Virus record (IMG/VR): IMGVR_UViG_3300032318_000568
Location: 1 to 59,633 of that record
Direction: 5' to 3' (one strand)
From: a virus
Lineage: Duplodnaviria > Caudoviricetes
DNA length: 59,633 nt
The notes beneath the pieces were generated by a model, which saw nothing but the letters and a program-made list of their open reading frames with translations, had not been told where the DNA came from and ran no database searches. Shown here one piece after another: positions 20,233-29,072 of this stretch; position 1 is the stretch's first letter, and each line of letters starts with the position of its first letter. Position numbers and translations under genes: made by a program.

Positions 20233-20442
20233 ATGTCTCAGATGAATCGTATTGCTACCGTTCTTGCTAAGAACACGAATGGTGCAGGAGTCACAGTTGC
20301 TCAGATTGCTAAACTGGCTCGTGTTTCTAAGGATACTGTTTATAAGCGCGTTTCTGATTTGCGCGGCGAAGGCTATAACATCTATAGCAACTATCGCACC
20401 GTAAAAGGTGAACGCAAGCTGTTCTATCGTATGGCTGGCTAA
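20233..20442 (+). CDS. Small winged-HTH DNA-binding protein
   Basis: VTVAQIAKLARVSKDTVYKRVSDLRGEGYNI...KLFYRM. Confidence 0.75.
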   Translation: MSQMNRIATVLAKNTNGAGVTVAQIAKLARVSKDTVYKRVSDLRGEGYNIYSNYRTVKGERKLFYRMAG

Positions 20443-20473
20443 TATTTTTCAGAGACCATTGAGTCTCTCACTT

Positions 20474-20507
20474 TGGGACGCTATATACAAGTAGCGTCCC
20501 ATTTATT
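20474..20507 (+). terminator. Stem-loop / probable terminator after HTH gene
   Basis: TGGGACGCTA-N8-TAGCGTCCCA then TTTATT. Confidence 0.6.
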
Positions 20508-20527
20508 ATATGTAAGGAGTGAAATAT

Positions 20528-21325
20528 ATGGAACTATCTATTTCTGTTGAACAATTGCGAAAGTATAAAGTTTTCATTGCAACACCAATGTATGGCGGTA
20601 ATGCAAATGGACTCTATGTCAAATCAATTCTCGACCTTCAAGGTTTGCTAACACATTATGGAATTGAAAGTCGCTTTTCATTCCTGTTTAATGAATCTCT
20701 TATTACTCGTGCAAGAAATTATTTGGTTGATGAGTTTCTTCGTTCTGAAAACTTCACACATCTTTTGTTTATCGACAGTGACATCCACTTCGATCCTAAC
20801 GATGTTCTTGCAATGCTTGCACTTGATAAAGAAATCATTGGTGGACCGTATCCAAAGAAGTCGATTAATTGGAACAATGTAGCGGCTGCATTGAAAGCAA
20901 AGCCTGATACGAATCCTGGTGAACTTGATAAAGTTACTGGCGATTATGTTTTCAATCCTGTTCCTGGCACGAAACAATTCAAAGTGACAGAACCGCTTGA
21001 AGTTATGGAAATTGGCACAGGCTTCATGATGATTAAGCGTGAAGTGTTTGACAAATTCAAAGAAGAATATCCACATCTTCGTTATAAGCCAGACCATGCA
21101 GGGCAAGCAAACTTCGATGGCTCTCGTTATATTCATGCATACTTCGATACTGTTATCGATCCAGAATCTCATCGTTATCTTTCAGAAGATTATATGTTCT
21201 GTCAGTATTGGAGAGCAGTTGGCGGTAAAGTTTGGTTGTGTCCATGGATGAAAACTCAACATGTTGGCACATATGCTTTCACTGGCGATATGAGTAAGAT
21301 TGCAGAACTAACAGGAAAACTGTAA
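20528..21325 (+). CDS. Conserved phage GT-A fold nucleotide-sugar transferase-like protein
   Basis: FIATPMYGG, ESLITRARN, LFIDSDI, GTGFMMIKR, YLSEDYMFC. Confidence 0.7.
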   Translation: MELSISVEQLRKYKVFIATPMYGGNANGLYVKSILDLQGLLTHYGIESRFSFLFNESLITRARNYLVDEFLRSENFTHLLFIDSDIHFDPNDVLAMLALDKEIIGGPYPKKSINWNNVAAALKAKPDTNPGELDKVTGDYVFNPVPGTKQFKVTEPLEVMEIGTGFMMIKREVFDKFKEEYPHLRYKPDHAGQANFDGSRYIHAYFDTVIDPESHRYLSEDYMFCQYWRAVGGKVWLCPWMKTQHVGTYAFTGDMSKIAELTGKL

Positions 21326-21966
21326 TGATAATCGGCCTTCTTGGATTTATTGGTTCAGGTAAAGGCACTGTAGCGGATATTCTAGTCAGCAAGGGATTCA
21401 AAAAAGAGTCCTTTGCTGATCCCGTTAAAGATGCTGTATCAGCAATCTTTGGTTGGGATCGCGCTTTACTTGAGGGTGACACAAAAGAAAGCAGAGACTT
21501 TCGTGAAGCAAAAGATGAATGGTGGTCACAGAAAACAGCAATGCATATTACGCCTCGTGCAATGTTGCAGATAATGGGAACAGAAGCAGGGCGTGACACA
21601 TTTCATCCTGACTTGTGGATTCTATCTCTTGAACAGCGTCTAAAGAAAAACAAACACACTGTCATAGCAGATGTTCGTTTTCCAAATGAATGTGAGTCTA
21701 TTCGTAAGATGGGTGGTTTCATTGTTCAAGTATCAAGAGGTTCTAATCCTGAATGGTATGATGTTGCAAGACGAGCCAATCTGGAAAAGAATACTGATTT
21801 GATGGTAGATTATCCTATTCATTATTCAGAATGGGCATGGATTGGACAACAGACTGATTATGTTATATCTAATAACGGAAGTTTAGATATGTTGAATGCT
21901 GATGTAAAACACCTCTTGAAAATTTTTGTAGGTACTGATATAATGAAATCTAATGAGTGGAAATAA
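21325..21966 (+). CDS. gp1: Deoxynucleoside monophosphate kinase
   Basis: GFIGSGKGT P-loop, SFADPVKD, TPRAMLQIMGTE, DVRFPNE, HYSE. Confidence 0.92.
   Translation: MIIGLLGFIGSGKGTVADILVSKGFKKESFADPVKDAVSAIFGWDRALLEGDTKESRDFREAKDEWWSQKTAMHITPRAMLQIMGTEAGRDTFHPDLWILSLEQRLKKNKHTVIADVRFPNECESIRKMGGFIVQVSRGSNPEWYDVARRANLEKNTDLMVDYPIHYSEWAWIGQQTDYVISNNGSLDMLNADVKHLLKIFVGTDIMKSNEWK
21916..21944 (+). promoter_or_regulatory. Sigma70-type promoter for gp45
   Basis: TTGAAA-N17-TATAAT. Confidence 0.65.
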
Positions 21967-21980
21967 GGAGTCCATATATT

Positions 21981-22634
21981 ATGAAACTTAGCGAAAACAC
22001 ACTTTCAGTCTTGAAGAACTTTGCTTCAATCAATTCAGGCATTGTTTTGAAGAAGGGTAAAGTTCAAAAGACAATCTCTCCAGATAAAGTTATTCTTGCA
22101 GAAGTGACGCTTGATGATGATATCTCTTCTGATTTTGGTATCTATGATTTGCCACAGTTTCTTGGAACTGTTTCTACAATCGGTGCACCAGATATTGAGT
22201 TTGCAGATAATCGTGCAATTATGAGTGATGGTTCAATCAAGCTGAACTATTATTCTTGCTCACCTACGCTCATCACAGCTCCACCTGATAAAGAACTTGA
22301 GATGAAATCTGTTGATGTTCAGTTTACATTAACATCAGCCAATATGCAGAAGTTGTTGCGTCTAGCCGCAATGAACGAGATGACAAATCTTACTGTTGTC
22401 GGTAAGAGTGGTAAACTTCTTGTTAAGGTTCATGTCAAAGAAAACGATACTTCCAATTTTGCAACATTGGAAATCGGTGAACATGCAGGACCAGATTTTG
22501 AGAAATCATTCAAGACAGATAATCTCAAGATGATTCCTGATGACTATGATGTAAGCATCAGCTTTGTTGGCTTTGCATTATTCGCAAGCAAGAATCGTAA
22601 ACTCAAGTATTTCATCGCACTGGAGTCGAAGTAA
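21981..22634 (+). CDS. gp45: Sliding clamp
   Basis: MKLSENTLSVLKNFASINSG, FGIYDL.QFL, NLKMIPDDYDV, YFIALE. Confidence 0.95.
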   Translation: MKLSENTLSVLKNFASINSGIVLKKGKVQKTISPDKVILAEVTLDDDISSDFGIYDLPQFLGTVSTIGAPDIEFADNRAIMSDGSIKLNYYSCSPTLITAPPDKELEMKSVDVQFTLTSANMQKLLRLAAMNEMTNLTVVGKSGKLLVKVHVKENDTSNFATLEIGEHAGPDFEKSFKTDNLKMIPDDYDVSISFVGFALFASKNRKLKYFIALESK

Positions 22635-22936
22635 TGTCTACTATTGGTCACAATAAACCTTTTGTAAGTCCACATTCTCTTGCACCAGAAGAGAAGAGAA
22701 AGTTGAGAGGTGTAATGGCTTCTCTCAATGATAGCATGACTCGTGTTGCATCTGAACGCGAATTTCAGAAGGAATCTATCAACACAATCTCAGAAGAACT
22801 TGGTCTTGATAAGAAGCTCATTCGTCGCATGGCTAAAGTTTATTACAAAGCAAACTTTAATGAAGAAGTTGAACAAGATAAAAACTTTGAGGACTTCTAT
22901 GCTAATGTGATTAAAGCACCTATTAATGACAACTGA
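22634..22936 (+). CDS. dsbA: T4 DsbA-like dsDNA-binding protein
   Basis: SMTRVASEREFQK...KKLIRRMAKVYYKANF pattern. Confidence 0.75.
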   Translation: MSTIGHNKPFVSPHSLAPEEKRKLRGVMASLNDSMTRVASEREFQKESINTISEELGLDKKLIRRMAKVYYKANFNEEVEQDKNFEDFYANVIKAPINDN

Positions 22937-23138
22937 TAGAATATCAGACAAAAGAATAAAACAACTTGACAAAGCCATCAATAACATTATAATGTTTTGT
23001 GACAGTCAAGAAGAAATTCTTGTGTTTGCCGTCCTTATGGCCGTAAGGGCTAGAGAAATACATTCTAGTCTTTACGGCAAAGAGGCTGCTAGAGAAATGC
23101 TTATGCAAGTTTCGAAGGGATTAGACCGTGAGCGATGA
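22926..23138 (+). CDS. Hypothetical protein
   Basis: Overlaps both neighbours in operon; contains TTGACA-N16-TATAAT. Confidence 0.55.
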   Translation: MTTDRISDKRIKQLDKAINNIIMFCDSQEEILVFAVLMAVRAREIHSSLYGKEAAREMLMQVSKGLDRER

Positions 23139-24066
23139 ATTTTTGTGGGTAGAACGATATCGCCCTCATGCAATTGATGATTGTATTCTTCCAGAAAGAA
23201 CGAAGCGTGTCTTTCAACAATATGTTGATGGTGAAGCTATTCCTAATCTTATGTTGACTGGCTCTGCTGGTGTTGGCAAGACAACTGTAGCCAGAGCAAT
23301 GTGTGAACAGATTGGTATCAATCATCTTTATATCAACGCATCTCTTGAGCGTGGCATCGATACTCTACGCACAAAGATATCTGGTTATGCATCAACCATT
23401 TCATTGACTGGTGGGCGTAAAGTCATCATCATGGACGAAGCTGATTATCTTACACCAGAAGCACAAGCGGCTATGCGTGGTATGATTGAACAGTTTTCTA
23501 ATAACTGCACATTCATTTTCACATGTAACTTCAAGTCTCGTTTGATTGATGCTATTCATTCTCGTTGTTCCGTCATCGACTTCACACTTGTCGGTGATGA
23601 GAAGAAAGAAATGGCAGCCATGTTCTTCAAGCGTATTCAGTTTATTCTGGATAGCGAGAATGTAACATACGATAAGGCTGTTGTTGCAAAGATTGTTCAG
23701 AAGTATTTTCCAGATTATCGTAGAACTCTTGGTGAACTCCAAAGATTCAGTCAATTCGGTTCTATCGACACAAATCTTCTATCAGAAGTTTCTGATGTGA
23801 GAAAGATTGGTGAACTTGTCACAGCATTGCGTGAAAAAGATTTCGGCTCTATGCGTAAGTGGGTCATCAATAATTCCGATATTGATACAAATAAGATTTA
23901 TCGGAAAATATATGACAGTCTGAATGACTTCTTCAAAGCAGAGAGTATCCCACAAGCTGTGGTAACATTGGCCAAATATCAGTATCAATCTGCATTTGTG
24001 GCTGACCAGGAAATCAATCTTGTTGCTTGTTTGACAGAATTAATGGTAGAGTGTGAATATGCTTAA
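23128..24066 (+). CDS. gp44: Clamp loader large subunit
   Basis: LWVERYRP, GSAGVGKTT, IIMDEAD, IHSRC, FPDYRR, DQEINLVACLTE. Confidence 0.97.
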   Translation: MSDEFLWVERYRPHAIDDCILPERTKRVFQQYVDGEAIPNLMLTGSAGVGKTTVARAMCEQIGINHLYINASLERGIDTLRTKISGYASTISLTGGRKVIIMDEADYLTPEAQAAMRGMIEQFSNNCTFIFTCNFKSRLIDAIHSRCSVIDFTLVGDEKKEMAAMFFKRIQFILDSENVTYDKAVVAKIVQKYFPDYRRTLGELQRFSQFGSIDTNLLSEVSDVRKIGELVTALREKDFGSMRKWVINNSDIDTNKIYRKIYDSLNDFFKAESIPQAVVTLAKYQYQSAFVADQEINLVACLTELMVECEYA

Positions 24067-24547
24067 TCTTTATGGTGAAGAGATATCAGAAAGTGGTTAT
24101 GTAAAAGGTAACTATGGAACCAATCAAAAAAAATCAGGCGATGCTTTTGAAAATTTAATGACTAATACACTAAGACAAAAGTATCCAGATAAGTTTATAG
24201 CAACTCAACATAAAATTTTAGGTTCTGAAATTCGTTCCAAGAAAACAAAAAAACTTAGAAAAAAACGTTATAAGGTTGACATTCTTTTTAACTATGATAC
24301 AGTTATATCAGCAAAAAACCAAAGCACAGGCGGAACTACTGAACAAAAAATTATGTATGAACTCTATGCTATTGAAGATATGTTTGAAACCAATCCACAT
24401 TTAAAACATGCGTATATAGTTTATGCAGGCGAAGGTTTCAAAATTTTCGATGAAGAGTTTGCATGGATTCCTGCATTTAAAAGAGCAATAGAACGTTTAC
24501 CGTGGATAAAGATAATGTCTTATGACGATTTTATGAAAGAGATATAA
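24059..24547 (+). CDS. PD-(D/E)XK-fold nuclease, restriction-endonuclease-like
   Basis: SGDAFE...KVDIL...ISAKNQSTGGTTEQKI; coupled to downstream methylase. Confidence 0.6.
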   Translation: MLNLYGEEISESGYVKGNYGTNQKKSGDAFENLMTNTLRQKYPDKFIATQHKILGSEIRSKKTKKLRKKRYKVDILFNYDTVISAKNQSTGGTTEQKIMYELYAIEDMFETNPHLKHAYIVYAGEGFKIFDEEFAWIPAFKRAIERLPWIKIMSYDDFMKEI

Positions 24548-25389
24548 TGCAAAGTTCTCCACTAAAGTGGGTCGGCGGTAAATATTCAATTCTTGAACAG
24601 ATTCTTCCTCAACTTAAAACAAAGAAAAGATTCGTAGAACCTTTCATGGGTTCTTGTGTCGTTTCGTTAAACGTTGAAGCGCACGAATACATTTTAAATG
24701 ACTACAATCCAGATCTGGTAAACTTTTTTACGCATGTCATGAATAGACCGAATGATATTATATCTTATGTGAAACCATCTTTTGAGGATATGACTTCGAA
24801 AAAGTATTATGACACAAGAGATGCTTTCAATGCATCAGATAAAAAATCATTCGAACGTGCTTGTATGTTTCTTATTTTGAATAAGTTTGCTTTTAATGGT
24901 GTTTGTAGATACAATAGATATGGAATGTTCAATGTTCCGTATTCATATAAAACAAGCATCGGTATACCAAATCTTATAGATTTCAATCATAAGTTTAGTA
25001 ACAAGACTATGAACTTTTATAATCTTGACTTTTCAGACGCTCTATTGTATAAAGACCTAGAAGAATGCGATTTGGTATATTTCGATCCACCATACTTGCC
25101 TTCCGACGATTTCGATACAACATTTTCAGATTATACTGGTGATGGATTTACATTTGAACAGCATGTGAAGATAGTAGAACTCTCAAAAGATTTGAGAGAT
25201 AGGGATATAAAATGTGTTGTATCGAATCATGACACAAAACTGATAAGAGAGTTATATAAAGATTCCGATTCAATATTGACTATTCCTACGAGAAGAAACA
25301 TCTCTTCTAAAAAAGAGAAGAGAAAAGTTATTAATGAAGTTTTGGTTGTTTATGGCAAACTTGAAGAAAAGAATGTGTTGTTTCAATGA
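24547..25389 (+). CDS. dam: Dam-family N6-adenine DNA methyltransferase
   Basis: PLKWVGGK, FVEPFMGS, FNGVCRYN..G.FNVP, YFDPPY, VSNH. Confidence 0.93.
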   Translation: MQSSPLKWVGGKYSILEQILPQLKTKKRFVEPFMGSCVVSLNVEAHEYILNDYNPDLVNFFTHVMNRPNDIISYVKPSFEDMTSKKYYDTRDAFNASDKKSFERACMFLILNKFAFNGVCRYNRYGMFNVPYSYKTSIGIPNLIDFNHKFSNKTMNFYNLDFSDALLYKDLEECDLVYFDPPYLPSDDFDTTFSDYTGDGFTFEQHVKIVELSKDLRDRDIKCVVSNHDTKLIRELYKDSDSILTIPTRRNISSKKEKRKVINEVLVVYGKLEEKNVLFQ

Positions 25390-25799
25390 CTGACCTATTC
25401 AAAGATATCATACCCTCTATTCTCCAGACAAAGAAGAATGTTCTGGATAATGAGAAAGATTACAATCCATTCATCGTTAATAAAGCCCTGTCTTTTCATT
25501 ATGACTGTATTCTTCATGCAAATCAGATGAACTTGATTCCAAACACGGATTCCATCATGCAATACCAGTATTTACTAAATAGCATTAGGCCGTGGAAGAG
25601 ACCATTTCAAAAGTGGTTAAAGCCAGAAAAGGTCGAAAACCTAGAGTGCATAAAAGAGTTCTATGGCTATTCAAACGACAAAGCCAGGGCGGCGCTGGAG
25701 GTTCTAAGCGACGAACAAATTGATAGTATTAAGAAGAATTTAAATAAAGGTGGTTTGAATGGTAAATCTAAACGAACTGGTGGAGGTGAAGCTATCTAA
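25386..25799 (+). CDS. gp62: Clamp loader small subunit
   Basis: YNPFIVNKALS, ANQMN, QYQYLLNSIR, IKEFYGYSNDKA. Confidence 0.93.
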   Translation: MTDLFKDIIPSILQTKKNVLDNEKDYNPFIVNKALSFHYDCILHANQMNLIPNTDSIMQYQYLLNSIRPWKRPFQKWLKPEKVENLECIKEFYGYSNDKARAALEVLSDEQIDSIKKNLNKGGLNGKSKRTGGGEAI

Positions 25800-26163
25800 C
25801 GAAGATGATTTCCTTAAAATTAGAGAAACACTATCCCGTATAGGAATAGCCTCCAAGAAAGACAAGACGCTTTATCAATCTTGTCATATCCTACACAAAC
25901 AAGGTAGATACTACATAGTCCACTTTAAAGAACTGTTTCTTCTGGACGGTAAGAAATCCGACTTTTCCGAAGAAGATAAAGCTCGTCGTAATACAATCGC
26001 AAATCTCTTACATGAATGGGAACTTCTAGACCTCGTAGATGAGGATAAGACGAATGACCCTGTATTGCCAATCAATATGATTAAGATTATTGCATATAAA
26101 GAAAAGAATGATTGGACCCTTATAACTAAATATAACATAGGCAAGAAACGCAAGGAAGTCTAA
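25759..26163 (+). CDS. regA: Translational repressor
   Basis: DDFLKIRETLSRIGIAS, LYQSCHILHKQGRYYIVHFKELF, KYNIG. Confidence 0.98.
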   Translation: MVNLNELVEVKLSNEDDFLKIRETLSRIGIASKKDKTLYQSCHILHKQGRYYIVHFKELFLLDGKKSDFSEEDKARRNTIANLLHEWELLDLVDEDKTNDPVLPINMIKIIAYKEKNDWTLITKYNIGKKRKEV

Positions 26164-27464
26164 TGGCTCAGTTTCGTAAAGATACGCACAATTACTTACC
26201 AGACGGCAAAACAATATTTGAAGTTATGATGCTGGCTGACCAGTATGGTAATCTTGTGGGGCCAGCTAATCCTTCAGGCATGTCTGTTGATGCGTTTGGT
26301 AGAGCCAGAGTAACAACGCCATTCACACTATTTGATTCATCACACAGATATAGAGATAATGGTCTTTGGGTTCAGTCTAATACAAACAATACCACAATCA
26401 CATTTTCAGCTAACGAAGGCTTGATGAACTTAGCTATCGGTACAGCAAACAACGATGAAATCATCCGCGAAACAACAAAAGTATTCTCTTATCAGCCAGG
26501 TAAATCTCTACAGATATTGAATACGTTTGTTATGTCTCCAGCTAAAGCCAATCTCAGACAAAGAGTTGGTTATTATGGTGCTGACAACGGTATCTATCTT
26601 GAGCAAGACGGAACAAACATTTACTTCGTTGAAAGAAGCTATGTTACAGGTGCAGTATCAGAAACAAGAGTTGCAAAAGCTGATTGGAACCTAGACCCTC
26701 TAGATGGTACTGGTCCATCTCTGATGACGCTTGATCTGACAAAGGCTCAGATTTTCTTTACAGACATCGAGTGGCTAGGTTTAGGTACAGTTAGATGCGG
26801 CTTTGTGATTGATGGTAGACTTATTCATTGCCATTCTTTCCATCACGCAAACTATATCACTTCAACATACATGACAACGGCATCTCTACCTTTGAGATAC
26901 GAAATCAAAAATACCGGTGCAACAACAAGTAATAGCTGGTTGAAACAAGTATGTTCATCTGTCATCTCTGAAGGTGGTTACGAACTCAGAGGCACACAAA
27001 GTTCTGTTGCAACTAATATTGCCACACCTAGAGATTTGACTGTTGCCAATACTGATTATCCAGTCATATCACTACGACTCAAATCTGCTAGACACGATGC
27101 TATTGTTATTCCTACAGCCATATCACTTTTGGGTATAGGCAATAACGGTAGATTCCTCTACAAGGTTGTAAGTAATGGCACATTAGGAAGCCCATCATGG
27201 CAATCAGGCGGAACTGATTCTGCTGTTGAGTATGATTTTGCAGCCAGTAATATTTCTGGTGGCAAAGTCGTAGCTTCAGGATTCTTGACATCAACAACAC
27301 AGTCTGCACAGGTTATTGATATTCTAAAAGAAGCACTATTCAAGTTCCAGTTAGAAAGAAACGACTTTACTGGAAACTCTTACCCATTAACTGTAACTGT
27401 ATCTAGCGTTAACGCTGGCGATGATGTTCTAGCTTCTATGGATTGGGAAGAAATCTCAAGATAA
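26163..27464 (+). CDS. Conserved beta-rich phage protein, possibly virion structural
   Basis: DAFGRARV..PFTLFDS, YQPGKS, DIEWLGLG.VRCGF, YMTTASLPLRYEI. Confidence 0.6.
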   Translation: MAQFRKDTHNYLPDGKTIFEVMMLADQYGNLVGPANPSGMSVDAFGRARVTTPFTLFDSSHRYRDNGLWVQSNTNNTTITFSANEGLMNLAIGTANNDEIIRETTKVFSYQPGKSLQILNTFVMSPAKANLRQRVGYYGADNGIYLEQDGTNIYFVERSYVTGAVSETRVAKADWNLDPLDGTGPSLMTLDLTKAQIFFTDIEWLGLGTVRCGFVIDGRLIHCHSFHHANYITSTYMTTASLPLRYEIKNTGATTSNSWLKQVCSSVISEGGYELRGTQSSVATNIATPRDLTVANTDYPVISLRLKSARHDAIVIPTAISLLGIGNNGRFLYKVVSNGTLGSPSWQSGGTDSAVEYDFAASNISGGKVVASGFLTSTTQSAQVIDILKEALFKFQLERNDFTGNSYPLTVTVSSVNAGDDVLASMDWEEISR

Positions 27465-27490
27465 TACATATATTATGATAGGAGTTTATT

Positions 27491-28105
27491 ATGAATGAAT
27501 TGAAGGTTTATCGCATACACTCATCGGTCATTTTACCGAAGTTTGCAACAAGTCAATCAGCTTGTTTTGATGTATCTTTCTGTCGTGCAGGTAAGGGTGA
27601 CTACAGTGGTTATAATTCTTACAACGCACCTTTCACACGCAATATCAACACAGATAAAATCATTTTAATGCCTGGAGATAGAGTTATGGTTCCAACCGGA
27701 CTCATACTCGACATACCAGAAGGATATTCTGTCCGTGTTCATGCTAGGTCAGGTCTTTCATTGAAGCAGGGTCTCATACTTGCTAACTCGGAAGGCGTAA
27801 TCGATTCTGATTATATACAAGAGTTGTTCGTTCTTCTCACAAACATTTCAGAAAATTCACATGTCATTCATAATGGCGATAGAATTGCTCAGGCTGAATT
27901 GGTCAAGCAAGAAGAATATAAAATTGTTGAAACCGTAACTAAACCATATGCAAAGACTAATCGTATAGGTGGTATGGGTTCGACTGGTGTAGGAACTATT
28001 ACCATCAGAACTTCCGATGTTAATGCAATCAAAGAAACGCCAACACTAGAAATATCTGAAAAAAGAGGGCGTGGTCGACCAAAAAAAGTTGACATTTCAG
28101 CCTAA
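27491..28105 (+). CDS. dut: Trimeric dUTPase with C-terminal AT-hook-like tail
   Basis: SACFD, RSGLS, GVIDSDY, GDRIAQ, RIGGMGSTG motifs. Confidence 0.95.
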   Translation: MNELKVYRIHSSVILPKFATSQSACFDVSFCRAGKGDYSGYNSYNAPFTRNINTDKIILMPGDRVMVPTGLILDIPEGYSVRVHARSGLSLKQGLILANSEGVIDSDYIQELFVLLTNISENSHVIHNGDRIAQAELVKQEEYKIVETVTKPYAKTNRIGGMGSTGVGTITIRTSDVNAIKETPTLEISEKRGRGRPKKVDISA

Positions 28106-28123
28106 ATGTATTATATATACTAT

Positions 28124-28198
28124 CGCGGGGTAGAGAAGTAGCATCTCGTTTGGCTCATACCCAGAAGATCGGCGGTGCAATTCCGTCCTCCGCAACCA
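28124..28198 (+). tRNA. tRNA-Met(CAT), initiator-like
   Basis: Cloverleaf, C1:A72 mismatch, anticodon loop CTCATAC, encoded CCA; TTGACA-N17-TATATA promoter at 28089-28117. Confidence 0.85.
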
Positions 28199-28200
28199 AC

Positions 28201-28262
28201 GTCTCGCCTAATGGGAGACTATCTTCAACAATCTAACTTGCTTAATAGGAGTTATGCATATG
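28201..28262 (+). promoter_or_regulatory. ROSE-like RNA thermometer in hsp20 leader
   Basis: TAACTTGCT-TAAT-AGGAGTTA hairpin: UUGCU pairs with SD AGGA with bulged G; upstream hairpin 28201-28219. Confidence 0.65.
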
Positions 28263-28775
28263 ACAAACGATTTATTCGATCCATTCTCTTTTGCTAAACA
28301 AATCAATACAACTGTTGGATTTGAACCAATGCTTAAGCGTCTTAAAGACTTAGGCGAAACACTTCCAAAAGTTCCAACTTATCCTCCATATAATATTCGT
28401 AAAGTAGATGATAACAAGTATGTTATCGAACTTGCTGTTGCTGGTTTCGGCAAGCAAGATATTGAACTTGAACTCCAAGATGGTGTATTGACAATCAAGG
28501 GTCAAACATCAGCTAACAATGAAGCTACTGAATTTCTGTTTAAAGGAATTGCAGATAGATCCTTCACTCGTCAATTCACATTGGCCGATACAGTAGAAGT
28601 TAAGAATGCAGACATGCTTAATGGTATGCTTCGCATTTGGCTTGAGCGTTTTATTCCTGAAGAAAAGAAGCCGAAGAAGATTGACATTGCCGAAGCTGGT
28701 GAAAAAGCTGTAGAAAAATCATACGGCGAAAAACTACACGACACAAAACAATTTTTAACGGAAACAGGAAAATAA
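28260..28775 (+). CDS. hsp20: Small heat-shock protein (Hsp20/IbpA family)
   Basis: YPPYNI, IELAVAGF, FKGIADRSFTRQFTLAD, A.MLNGMLRI, IPEEKKPKKI; alternative start 28254. Confidence 0.96.
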   Translation: MTNDLFDPFSFAKQINTTVGFEPMLKRLKDLGETLPKVPTYPPYNIRKVDDNKYVIELAVAGFGKQDIELELQDGVLTIKGQTSANNEATEFLFKGIADRSFTRQFTLADTVEVKNADMLNGMLRIWLERFIPEEKKPKKIDIAEAGEKAVEKSYGEKLHDTKQFLTETGK

Positions 28776-28780
28776 CAATT

Positions 28781-28939
28781 ATGGTAAGATTTTTAAGCAA
28801 CATCTTAGACTCATGGTCTAAGTGGAGAAAATATACACGCACTGTAAAAGAACTTTATGCAATGACTGATAGAGACTTGGCTGATATGGGTATCGCCCGT
28901 GGTGATATTCCTTATGTTGCAAAACATGGTAACAGATAA
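28781..28939 (+). CDS. DUF1127 (YjiS-like) small protein, not in ORF track
   Basis: Translates MVRFLSNILDSWSKWRKYTRTVKELYAMTDRDLADMGIARGDIPYVAKHGNR; matches EL..xxDRxLxDxGI.R.DI signature; SD AGGA. Confidence 0.85.
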   Translation: MVRFLSNILDSWSKWRKYTRTVKELYAMTDRDLADMGIARGDIPYVAKHGNR

Positions 28940-28992
28940 TGTGGCCATATACAGATGATGAACTAGTCTTTATCAACACAGGTTGTAAATAA
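28939..28992 (+). CDS. Possible 17-aa microprotein MWPYTDDELVFINTGCK
   Basis: TAATG stop/start overlap with DUF1127 gene; ends just before terminator. Confidence 0.4.
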   Translation: MWPYTDDELVFINTGCK

Positions 28993-28996
28993 TAAC

Positions 28997-29025
28997 GAGA
29001 GGGGAGAAATCCCCTCTTGACTTTT
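28997..29025 (+). terminator. Terminator overlapping next promoter
   Basis: GAGAGGGGA-GAAA-TCCCCTCTT then GACTTTT; TTGACT-N16-TATAAT begins at 29017. Confidence 0.75.
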
Positions 29026-29072
29026 ATGGTGTAACATATATAATTGTATGATTATGTTCTTGTGAGGATTAC

